Assembly (NCBI GenBank): GCA_965223155.1
Contig: CBDCVR010000013.1
Coordinates: 832,001-896,000, forward strand
Origin: Candidatus Multivoradales bacterium
GTDB taxonomy: Bacteria; Acidobacteriota; Thermoanaerobaculia; Multivoradales; JAHEKO01
Direction of reading: 5' to 3'
DNA length: 64,000 nt
Made by a program: the position numbers and the translations under genes. Positions within the stretch are counted from its first letter, which is position 1; each line of letters starts with the position of its first letter. A model generated the notes under the pieces. It was not told the DNA's origin and searched no databases. It saw only the letters and a list, made by a program, of their open reading frames with translations. Positions 55,967-64,000 of the stretch are shown here, piece by piece.

Positions 55967-57109
55967 ATGCGACACACCACCCGCTACCTTCTGCATCTCC
56001 TCGCCGTCGCCCTCGTAGCCGCGATCTTGGCGTGGCCCGGAGCGCTCGAAGCGGCTTGCGAGACCACGATCGATCTGGGGCGGGGTCCGGTGCGGGTCGT
56101 GGTGCCGGACTCCTACGATCCCGACCGACCGGCGCCGCTCGCGATTCTGCTCCACGGCTACGGCAGCACAGGCGACTGGTGGCGCAATTACCTCAAGTTC
56201 GACCAAGCGGCCGAAAGCCGGGGCATGGTCTTCGTCTACCCAGATGGCTCGGTCGACTGGCTGGGGAACCGTTTCTGGAATGCCACCGACGTCTGCTGCG
56301 ACTACCAGGCCGTCGGGATCGACGACGCCACCTACGTCCGGTCGCTCATCGACGCGATCGGCGAGCAGTGCAACATCGACTACCGCCGGATCTACTTCAT
56401 CGGCCATTCGAACGGCGGGTTCATGTCCTATCGTATGGCCTGCGACTACGCACCGTTGGTAGCCGCGGTCGTCAGCCTCGCCGGCGGGACCTATCTCGAC
56501 CCGGCGGACTGCCGGCCGAGCGCTCCGGTTCACGTTCTACAGATCCACGGCACCGAGGACGTCGAGTATCCCTATGAAGGCAGCATTGCCTACGCCATTC
56601 CGACCGCAGTCGAAAACGCCGAGATCTGGGCAGGCTACAACCGCTGCGCCATCCAGCCCCGGGACGGCGGGACCCTGGATCTCGACCGCGGCATCCCGGG
56701 GCAGGAAACAGACATCTCCCGCTACGACCGGCAGTGCAAGCCGGGTGGATCTGCCGAGCTCTGGACCGTCTGGGGAGCTGGCCACGAACCCTCCCACGAC
56801 GGCAGCCTCTCGGACACGGTCACGGACTTTCTCCTCGAGCACCAGAGCTGCCGCGGCCGCGAGCGTCTTGCCAAGATCCGTTGCGACGCTCGTCGCGGAC
56901 GCCTCAAGGTCAAACTCCGCGGCGCCTTCCCCAACGACCCCGTCGAGATCTCGGTACGCAGCGCCTCCACGCACCGCTCCAGGCAGACCAAAGTCAACCG
57001 CCGTGGCAACGCCACGGTCGTCTTCCGCGATCTGGACCTCGACCGGGGCGAGGTGACGGTCGAGTGGAACTGCTCGGGCACCTCGACCCGGAAGATTGTT
57101 TGTCGATAG
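55967..57109 (+). CDS. Secreted LpqC/PHB-depolymerase-like alpha/beta hydrolase with extra C-terminal domain
   Basis: LHGYG, FWNATDVCC, GHSNGG, IHGTED, GAGH. Confidence 0.85.
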   Translation: MRHTTRYLLHLLAVALVAAILAWPGALEAACETTIDLGRGPVRVVVPDSYDPDRPAPLAILLHGYGSTGDWWRNYLKFDQAAESRGMVFVYPDGSVDWLGNRFWNATDVCCDYQAVGIDDATYVRSLIDAIGEQCNIDYRRIYFIGHSNGGFMSYRMACDYAPLVAAVVSLAGGTYLDPADCRPSAPVHVLQIHGTEDVEYPYEGSIAYAIPTAVENAEIWAGYNRCAIQPRDGGTLDLDRGIPGQETDISRYDRQCKPGGSAELWTVWGAGHEPSHDGSLSDTVTDFLLEHQSCRGRERLAKIRCDARRGRLKVKLRGAFPNDPVEISVRSASTHRSRQTKVNRRGNATVVFRDLDLDRGEVTVEWNCSGTSTRKIVCR

Positions 57110-57159
57110 GCGGCCTCGCCAGATCAGGCCGTCCAGCGCCCGACGGCGGACCGGCCTCC

Positions 57160-58050
57160 CTATCTCAGAGGCTCGAATCTCCCCCGGGCCGTCACCAGCC
57201 CATCAGGTAGCGAAACACCGGAAGGTCCCGCTGCCTGCAACTCGAAGTTGATGGTCAGGTTGTATCGAGCCGCAACGGGTTGGCCGCCGATTCGTGCCGG
57301 TTCGAACCGCCACTGCGAGAGGGCGTCCACACCAGCCAGGTCCAACCCGTGCGACAACCGCTTCAAGATTCGAAGCCTCGTGACACGTCCCGTACAGTCG
57401 AGGATCGCCTCGAGGAGGACGTCGCCCGTGATACCCGCTATTCGGGCGGCAACCGTATACCGAGGGATCGGCCAGAAGAGCTTCCTTGGCGGCGTAATCT
57501 CGCCCTCACCGTTCTCGGGCGGCGAGCAGGCCAGAAAGCTGTCGGACTCGGACAATGTCGTTTCGAGCGTTACGCGCTGGAAAGGACCGAGTCTTGGCAT
57601 CCTCCGGAACCGAGCTCGCCAGAGGACCAGGTCGCCGGCTTGGAGCCGAGGCAGGGGACCGACATCGGCCAGAAGAGCGTGCTGCTTGACCCTGCCACGC
57701 ACCGAGTGCTTCTCGACGATGTCCGTCTTCCCGTCATCGTCCGTGTCGCGGTGGACTTCGATATCGATCACGATCGAGCCTCGGCCCGGCCTCTTCTCAA
57801 GGGTCCGCCAGTAGTCGAACCGCAGGTGGCCGCCCTTCTTCAGATCCCGCGGAACGACCAGCGTCCCCTGCCATGACTCCGGGTGTCGGGCAAACCAATT
57901 CCCGGTCCTGAGGAAGTCCTCGGCCGAGACCACACGATCGGCAGCGGCCGGCTGAACCATCACGATGGCCAGGAAGAGCCCGACCCAGAGAAAGGCCGCT
58001 CGTATCCGCCTTCTTGGCGCCCGAAGCTCCATCTCCGAAGTCACGGGCAT
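57160..58050 (-). CDS. Secreted unknown domain fused to TonB C-terminal domain
   Basis: Signal peptide; PRYTVAAR..G.V.LEA...WRFEPA. Confidence 0.75.
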   Translation of the reverse strand: MPVTSEMELRAPRRRIRAAFLWVGLFLAIVMVQPAAADRVVSAEDFLRTGNWFARHPESWQGTLVVPRDLKKGGHLRFDYWRTLEKRPGRGSIVIDIEVHRDTDDDGKTDIVEKHSVRGRVKQHALLADVGPLPRLQAGDLVLWRARFRRMPRLGPFQRVTLETTLSESDSFLACSPPENGEGEITPPRKLFWPIPRYTVAARIAGITGDVLLEAILDCTGRVTRLRILKRLSHGLDLAGVDALSQWRFEPARIGGQPVAARYNLTINFELQAAGPSGVSLPDGLVTARGRFEPLR

Positions 58051-58547
58051 GCCGGCTCGCGCAAAGTCGCCTCCAGTGAGGCACTCTCGTAGGCCCCGAG
58101 TGGAGGCATGCCGATCAACCGTGATGAAACTCGAACGACATCTCCATCGCGAAGAGACAACGGCTCGACCGTCGTGCGCCGAAAGAGCTGCCGAAAGACT
58201 CCTCCCTGGAGCCGTCGCCGCTCGACCGGACGGAGCTTGCCTCCGGCATCACTGCGCAGGACAACGATCTTGGAGCGGACCCTGCCTCGGTCCGGCTGCT
58301 CGGACGAGCTTCGCCAATACATCAGGTCCAGACGTGCGACTAAGTCCAGATTGACCTCGATCACCTGATCGATCGACATCAGATGTGGCTTCTGGCGGAG
58401 ACCGGCCACCTCCGACGTCGCGGATTCGGCCACTACGCATTGCGCGCTTGCCGTTGAAGACGCGCCTATGCTCAGGAGCCACCAACCCGTGCACAAAACT
58501 GCCCGCGCGGCAACGCGAATCACGCTGTTCTGTCTCGAGTCCGACAT
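58041..58547 (-). CDS. Secreted hypothetical protein, paralog of the N-terminal domain of 57160-58050
   Basis: Shared YWR....P.RG, L..GD.V, MP.LG, LE.TL motifs; start uncertain. Confidence 0.6.
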   Translation of the reverse strand: MSDSRQNSVIRVAARAVLCTGWWLLSIGASSTASAQCVVAESATSEVAGLRQKPHLMSIDQVIEVNLDLVARLDLMYWRSSSEQPDRGRVRSKIVVLRSDAGGKLRPVERRRLQGGVFRQLFRRTTVEPLSLRDGDVVRVSSRLIGMPPLGAYESASLEATLREPACP

Positions 58548-58739
58548 CGATCCCAAGCCACTCACCGAAGCAACCGACTCGAGTGTCTCATGGAGCACCA
58601 GGATTGGCGAGTGACCGCCGCGGGCGTTGCTGCTCTCCAGTCCGCCTGCTTCTGGCGCAGCCGATCGCCCGGGGCGCCAGTCAGACTCCTCAGGTGCACC
58701 TCGATTTCGGCATAGATCTCGCAGCCGTGTCACGAAGAA

Positions 58740-59537
58740 ATGCCTATCGCGCCAAAACGACCGATTCTTGCCCTGTCGTGGTTCCTGGCAGCAGCCCTAA
58801 CGGCACTGCCGGCTCGTTCGATCGACTGGAAACCGCAAATGGTCGTCCTGGCTTTCGTGGATGATCTGGACTCGGCAAGGAAGGAGGCGGAGCGCGCCAG
58901 CTACCTTCTCGACTACGGGATCGACGAAGTGTCGCTCGAGGAGCCCAGCTTGGCTCGGGAAATCCAAGGGCCTCTCATCTCCGTTCACCGAACCGCTCAT
59001 GGTCGGTTCGAGATCTCGAGTTTTCTGGGCGCCGAGCAACAAGTCGGAGGAGCTCTCAGAAAGGCCCGACAATTCTTCCCGGCAGCCGAGATCCGTCAAG
59101 TCACCAAGCCAGGCGAGCCGCGGCTGGTTCCCTACCGCAGGACAGGTGTCGTCATCGCGGGCAGTTACGGGACCTACGAAGCCGCACTCTCGGCCGCAGA
59201 CGAGTTGGCGACTGCTTCCGAGTTTGAGATTGGAACCCGCGGACTCGTCTATTCCGCAGAGTACGGCCTCCACTGGCCGGATGGGACCGGCTCTGGCGAG
59301 ACTTGGAGTTTCTTTCCCCGCAGGTACGACGACAGCTGCGGCGACGACCGAGCCGCACCTTGTCTGACAGTCGAGCCCTCCGCAGCCTACCGAGGCTTCG
59401 CTCCTGGCTACTACATCCTGGTTGCCGGGGTGCTCTCTCGGGGGCCGGCACGAGCCCAGCGGTTGGAGTCGGTACGCACGCACGTGCCGGATGCATTCGT
59501 CAAGGAGACCAACCTCTGGTTCGGCTGCACCCGCTAG
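58740..59537 (+). CDS. Secreted hypothetical protein (SPOR-like segments)
   Basis: Signal peptide; VIAGSY.TYEAA..AA, VPDAFVK. Confidence 0.6.
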   Translation: MPIAPKRPILALSWFLAAALTALPARSIDWKPQMVVLAFVDDLDSARKEAERASYLLDYGIDEVSLEEPSLAREIQGPLISVHRTAHGRFEISSFLGAEQQVGGALRKARQFFPAAEIRQVTKPGEPRLVPYRRTGVVIAGSYGTYEAALSAADELATASEFEIGTRGLVYSAEYGLHWPDGTGSGETWSFFPRRYDDSCGDDRAAPCLTVEPSAAYRGFAPGYYILVAGVLSRGPARAQRLESVRTHVPDAFVKETNLWFGCTR

Positions 59538-60409
59538 CCCTCGCCACCCTCCTCGCCCTCACCGCGGCGCTGGCTTGCGCGGCCGCACAACCGGGCGGCG
59601 ACCCACCCGTCGCGGTCGGCGCATCGCCCGGCGACGGCCTCGAGATCCGCTGGGTCGCCAACGAGGGGTTTCTGGTCGAAGGTGCCGGCAAACGAGTCTT
59701 GATCGACGGGCTGGTCGGACCAATCGACGGCTATCCGGCCCTGCCCAACGCGCTGCGGGATCCGATCGAGTCCGGCCGCGGCGAGTGGGGGCAGATCGAC
59801 GTCGCCATCGCCAGTCACAAGCATCGTGACCATTTCGACGCCGGCTCGGTCGCGCGTTTCCTTGTGGCGAATCCCTACGCCGTCTTCGTCTCGACGCCGC
59901 AGGCAGTGCGCCAAGTCGAGGAGTTGATCCAGGACCCGACAACTCTGGCGCGCGTCCACGCGATCTTGCCTGCCGAAGGGGAGGTCCAGAGCTTGGACCT
60001 CGGCGGGGTCGCGGTCGAAGTCCTCAACCTTCATCATGGGCGGCGCACGCCTCCGGTCGAGAACCTGGGAGTCGTCGTGACTCTGGGTGGGCGGAGCTTT
60101 CTCCATTTCGGCGATACCGAAGCCAAGATGGAGACGTTCGAGCCCTATCTGGACGTGTTGCAGGGAGTCGACGTGGCGCTTTTGCCGTTCTGGTTCCTGT
60201 CGAGTGCCTGGCGCGCCGAGCTAGTCCGCGACGACATCGCTCCGGTTTGGACGGTTGTCGGTCACCTACCCACTCGGGACGCTCCCGCCGGCTACTTCGG
60301 CCGTTGGAACAACTACGATGAGCTGGTTGCCACGATTCGGAACGGATTCCCGGACGCCTGGATCCCGCAGGCTCCGGGTGAGTCGAGACGCTACGGCACA
60401 GAGGACTAG
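59516..60409 (+). CDS. Secreted MBL-fold metallo-hydrolase
   Basis: NEGFLV, LIDG, SHKHRDHF, HFGD; probable CTG start with AAGGAG 8 nt upstream. Confidence 0.8.
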   Translation: MVRLHPLALATLLALTAALACAAAQPGGDPPVAVGASPGDGLEIRWVANEGFLVEGAGKRVLIDGLVGPIDGYPALPNALRDPIESGRGEWGQIDVAIASHKHRDHFDAGSVARFLVANPYAVFVSTPQAVRQVEELIQDPTTLARVHAILPAEGEVQSLDLGGVAVEVLNLHHGRRTPPVENLGVVVTLGGRSFLHFGDTEAKMETFEPYLDVLQGVDVALLPFWFLSSAWRAELVRDDIAPVWTVVGHLPTRDAPAGYFGRWNNYDELVATIRNGFPDAWIPQAPGESRRYGTED

Positions 60410-60567
60410 AGCCCGACTCCCGACGGGCGCCGACTGGTTCGCTCATCTCACAAGAGCGGCCATTCGAGCGATCACCGGCAACGCGCCGAGCGCCCTGCCT
60501 TGCGGGTCGGGCCTCCACTACCCGTTCGTGCGTTGCGCGGGACGCTCCGGATGGCTAGGTTGAAGGG

Positions 60568-60663
60568 TGGCGCGAAAGGGCAAAGCCGGCGAAAGCCGGT
60601 GACGCAAAGCCGCGTCTCCTCCCGCCCTCTCCGGACGAAAGACCGCCGGGCTGCCGAACGCTG
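60568..60663 (+). ncRNA. Cyclic di-GMP-I (GEMM) riboswitch
   Basis: GGGCAAA-GCCGGC-GAAA-GCCGGT-GACGCAAAG-CC...GG-CTGCCGAA matches the consensus, with GNRA-capped P2 and a pairable P3. Confidence 0.88.
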
Positions 60664-60710
60664 GATTGCCTGACGCGATGGAGTGTCAGCGAGACAGGCA
60701 GGAGGTTGGC

Positions 60711-60866
60711 ATGAACCGCATCATCACTCACACCGCCAAGCCCGGCGGAACGATTCGCGCGGTCGCGGGCATCACCCCGAACGGCCGGAGTTGGAAGCCG
60801 TGTTCCCGCGACGAGGCGGTAGCCGACGACCACAGCTATTTCGTGGCCCGCCCGGACGACGCCTAG
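60711..60866 (+). CDS. Small protein (51 aa), possibly a truncated DUF3892-like protein
   Basis: GGAGGT RBS; directly downstream of the riboswitch. Confidence 0.5.
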   Translation: MNRIITHTAKPGGTIRAVAGITPNGRSWKPCSRDEAVADDHSYFVARPDDA

Positions 60867-60920
60867 CAACCCAGTCGCGCTCGAGCTAGCGGTCCGGAGC
60901 ACCAGCCCCCTTCCGATCGC

Positions 60921-62753
60921 CTAGTGCTCGGGCGCGGCTTCGATGACCACCGCCGGTCCGGCCCCTTCCGGCTCGTGAATGGTGTCGATCAACTCCCGCA
61001 CCGACCGCGAGGGTCCGGGAGCGAACGGGGTCAGGGCAAGCGTCACGGCGAAGTTCAGAAGCATGCCGACGACGCCGATGCCCTGCGGCCCGATGCCGAA
61101 GCACCAGTCGGGCATGCCGGCGTACACGGAGCCGATGATGTAGGTGGCGGTAAAGCCGATTCCCACGACCATGCCGGTAACCGCGGGCACCGTGCCGACT
61201 CGCTTCGAGAAGATGCCAAGGACGATCGCGGGGAAAAAGCTCGCCGCCGCCAGGCCGAAGGCGAAGGCCACGACCTGGCCAACGAAACCGGGTGGAAAGA
61301 TGCCGAGAAGCCCCGCCACCACCACGGCAAAGCCGATCACCACCCGCCCGACCATCAGGCGCCGCGCCTCGGAGGCCGTCGGATCGAGGATCCGGAAGTA
61401 GAGATCGTGGGCGACGCTCGACGAGATGACGAGAAGCAGTCCGCTCGCGGTTGACAGAGCCGCCGCCAGGCCGCCGGCGGCGACCAGGGCGATGATCCAG
61501 TCCGCGAGCCCGGCCATCTCCGGAGTCGCCAGCACGATGATGTCCCGGTCCGGCCCAGCTAAGCCGCGTTCCGCCAGGGTTCGGCGCCCGTCCCGCCCCT
61601 CCGAACCTCCGCTCGAGAGCCACTTCTGATGCTCGATCCGGATTACGGCGACCTCCGCGGCCGGCAGCTTGCCGCTCCGGAAGATCTCGTTCCCACCCTC
61701 CTCGCCCGGACCGTGGTACGCGACCCGGCCGTCCCCGTCGTCGAGCCAGAGAATGAGCCCGGTCTGCTCCCAATTGTGGAACCAATCCGGCAAGTTCTCC
61801 TCGGCCTGGCCGTGCAGGCTCTGGATCATGTAGTAGCGGGCGAAGGCTCCGGTCGCGGGCGCGGTCAGATACAACACCGCGATGAAGAGAAGCGCCCAGA
61901 AAGCGCTCCAGCGCGCCGCCCGCACCGACTTGACGGTATAGAAGCGCACGATGACGTGCGGGAGCCCCGCCGTCCCCACCATCAAGGCCAGGGTGACGCA
62001 GAAGACGTTGAGCTTGTTCCAACCCCCGCCGAAGGCCTCGGTGTAGCTGCCGAAGCCGAGGTCGGCGTGGAGTTGGTCGAGCTTTGCTAGCAGCGGCACG
62101 CCGCCGTCCAGCAGCCGGCTGCCCATCCCGATCTGGGGAACCGGATTGCCGGTGAGTTTGAAGCTGATCGCGATCGCCGGAATCAAAAAGGCCGTGATCA
62201 GCACCCAGTACTGAGCGACCTGGGTCCAGGTGATGCCCTTCATCCCTCCGAGGGTGGCGTAGGTGAAGACAATCGCCATGCCGATCACCACGCCAACGTT
62301 GATATCGACCTCGAGGAAACGCGAGAAGACGATCCCGACCCCGCGCATCTGGCCGGCAACGTAGGTGAAGCTCACGAAGATGGCGCAGACGACAGCCACC
62401 AGGCGGGCGGCGTTCGACTCGTAGCGGTCGCCGACGAAATCCGGCACGGTGTAGTGGCCAAACTTCCGAAGGTAGGGCGCCAGCAGGAGGGCGAGGAGGA
62501 CGTACCCGCCGGTCCAGCCCACGAGATACATGCCGCCCGCGTAGCCGAGAGTCGAGATCAGCCCGGCCATCGAAATGTACGAAGCCGCGCTCATCCAATC
62601 GGCCGCGGTCGCCATGCCGTTCGCCATCGCCGGCACGCCACGGCCGGCGACGTAGAACCCGGTCGTATCGCGCACCCGGCTCAGCCACGCGATCGCCAGG
62701 TAGGCCCCGAACGTGATCCCGACGAACGCGAAGGTCCAGAGCTTGATGCTCAT
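60921..62753 (-). CDS. actP: Sodium:solute symporter, cation/acetate (ActP-like)
   Basis: NGMATAADWMSAAS, GTAGLPHVIVRFYTV, AAALSTASGLL. Confidence 0.85.
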   Translation of the reverse strand: MSIKLWTFAFVGITFGAYLAIAWLSRVRDTTGFYVAGRGVPAMANGMATAADWMSAASYISMAGLISTLGYAGGMYLVGWTGGYVLLALLLAPYLRKFGHYTVPDFVGDRYESNAARLVAVVCAIFVSFTYVAGQMRGVGIVFSRFLEVDINVGVVIGMAIVFTYATLGGMKGITWTQVAQYWVLITAFLIPAIAISFKLTGNPVPQIGMGSRLLDGGVPLLAKLDQLHADLGFGSYTEAFGGGWNKLNVFCVTLALMVGTAGLPHVIVRFYTVKSVRAARWSAFWALLFIAVLYLTAPATGAFARYYMIQSLHGQAEENLPDWFHNWEQTGLILWLDDGDGRVAYHGPGEEGGNEIFRSGKLPAAEVAVIRIEHQKWLSSGGSEGRDGRRTLAERGLAGPDRDIIVLATPEMAGLADWIIALVAAGGLAAALSTASGLLLVISSSVAHDLYFRILDPTASEARRLMVGRVVIGFAVVVAGLLGIFPPGFVGQVVAFAFGLAAASFFPAIVLGIFSKRVGTVPAVTGMVVGIGFTATYIIGSVYAGMPDWCFGIGPQGIGVVGMLLNFAVTLALTPFAPGPSRSVRELIDTIHEPEGAGPAVVIEAAPEH

Positions 62754-63139
62754 GCTTCGGAGGTCCTTGCTGCCTCCTCCAGAGCGGCACCTGCCGAAGC
62801 AGCATCTTCCGAGAGGATCCGTTCGAGCTCTCGGTGGTGCTCGGCGTCCAGGCGATTGAGCCTCAAGCAGTAGACCAAGATCAGCAAGACGAAGACCACG
62901 ATGCTCCCCTGCTGCGCGAACCAGAATCCCAGAGGAAAGCCGCCGAGCCGAAAGCCGTTGAGCCAGTCCGCCGCGAGCACTCCGCAGCCCAGGCCGACCG
63001 CGGCCCACACCAGCAAGAGACCCACCATGATCCGGACGTTGCGGCTCCAGTAGCGCGCGACCGCATCGGCAATCCGCGGGTCGCGCACGTCCGGGCCGCT
63101 GTCGCGACCCACCGAGCTCGGGTTTCGATCAGTCATCAT
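62750..63139 (-). CDS. DUF4212-family small partner of the solute symporter
   Basis: YW..N, GFPLGFWFAQQGSI; overlaps the symporter start. Confidence 0.88.
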   Translation of the reverse strand: MMTDRNPSSVGRDSGPDVRDPRIADAVARYWSRNVRIMVGLLLVWAAVGLGCGVLAADWLNGFRLGGFPLGFWFAQQGSIVVFVLLILVYCLRLNRLDAEHHRELERILSEDAASAGAALEEAARTSEA

Positions 63140-63324
63140 GAGCCTGTCGCAAAGCGCGCCGAGTCTACCTCCGTGCCGGGCACTCCCTTCCCCGAAATCC
63201 TGATAGCCGTCGCTCCTGCCCTCTCGCTATACTCGGAAAAATTGATTTTCAGGGCGTCGGGATGAAACGCCCCAGAACTCGTTGACCGGCGACAGCATCC
63301 CCTCTGCCGCCGAAAGGAGAGGCC

Positions 63325-64000
63325 ATGAAGAAACCCCTAGCGATTGCAGCGATTGCAGCACTGGCGACCCTGGCGATCGCGGCCAGCGCCGCCGCCATCA
63401 CCTTTGGAGAGCCCGACGGCGACGCGCATCCTCACGTCGGAACGCTCCTGTTCGTGCAGGACGGCGTCGGCTTCTTTAGCTGCACCGGCACCCTGATCAG
63501 CCCGACGGTGATGCTCACCGCCGGACACTGCGTCGAAGGCAATGGCAATGAGAACGACGTGACCTACGTTCGATTCGACGAGGACGCCCTCGAGGGCATC
63601 GGCGATTTCGGATCGCTGCAGGACTGGCTGGATGACCGCTGGATTCTGGCCGAAGACGTCATCCCGCATCCCGACTTCGACGACTTCAGCGCCTTCCCGC
63701 ACACCTTCGACGTCGGACTCGTCATCCTGCCCGATCCGGGTGTGTCGCTCTCCACCTACGGGATGCTGCCACCCCTGGGCTTTCTCGACGACGTCCTGGC
63801 GCAGCCCGGGAACTCCTCCAACTGGTGGACCGCCGTGGGCTATGGGTCGCAGGGCGTCTTGGATCCGTTCTCCGGCAACGACTACGCCCGCTACCGCTCG
63901 ACGGTCCGGCTCATCGAGGTCAACAGCTTCGACACCGGACCCGGGGCGAGCGCCAAGTTCACCAACAATCCCGGCGGCGGCAAGGGAGGCACGTGCTTCG
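63325..64000 (+). CDS. Secreted trypsin-like serine protease (partial, runs off the window)
   Basis: GGAGAGG RBS; signal peptide; CTGTLISP..LTAGHC, DVGLV, ends in GGTCF. Confidence 0.88.
   Translation, partial: MKKPLAIAAIAALATLAIAASAAAITFGEPDGDAHPHVGTLLFVQDGVGFFSCTGTLISPTVMLTAGHCVEGNGNENDVTYVRFDEDALEGIGDFGSLQDWLDDRWILAEDVIPHPDFDDFSAFPHTFDVGLVILPDPGVSLSTYGMLPPLGFLDDVLAQPGNSSNWWTAVGYGSQGVLDPFSGNDYARYRSTVRLIEVNSFDTGPGASAKFTNNPGGGKGGTCF

Overview
GC-rich bacterial chromosome segment. The gene set (S55 peptidase pair, several TonB-C proteins, ECF/TPR module) suggests Acidobacteriota, possibly Thermoanaerobaculia; this is inference. Housekeeping blocks are xerD-leuA-leuB, add-coaD-tsaC-recN, lpdA-E2-lipB-lipA and actP. 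Four accessory stretches sit among them. (1) 17.6-21.9 kb: a lasso-peptide cluster with RRE, a precursor with a canonical leader (core GGGGLPSDGLGSDPPASGT), a cyclase and an HPr-kinase-like enzyme, but no leader peptidase in the window. (2) 22.9-37.3 kb: a tandem duplication of giant SdrD-B-repeat surface proteins with near-identical N-termini and different tips. Each copy is preceded by a 74-aa ORF and conserved 11-bp-spaced direct repeats, opposite a SARP/BTAD-AAA regulator. (3) 42.2-44.4 kb: a three-gene insertion inside the lpdA-E2-lipB-lipA run, encoding a secreted peptide, an ECF sigma factor and a soluble zinc-finger anti-sigma/TPR protein. This is the best candidate for an undescribed peptide-signalling system. 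(4) 49.6-60.9 kb: secreted proteins, a frameshifted RidA, an IS5 element in a decayed gene and a c-di-GMP-I riboswitch. No tRNA, rRNA or CRISPR array was seen. All family calls come from motif recognition by eye, not database searches.
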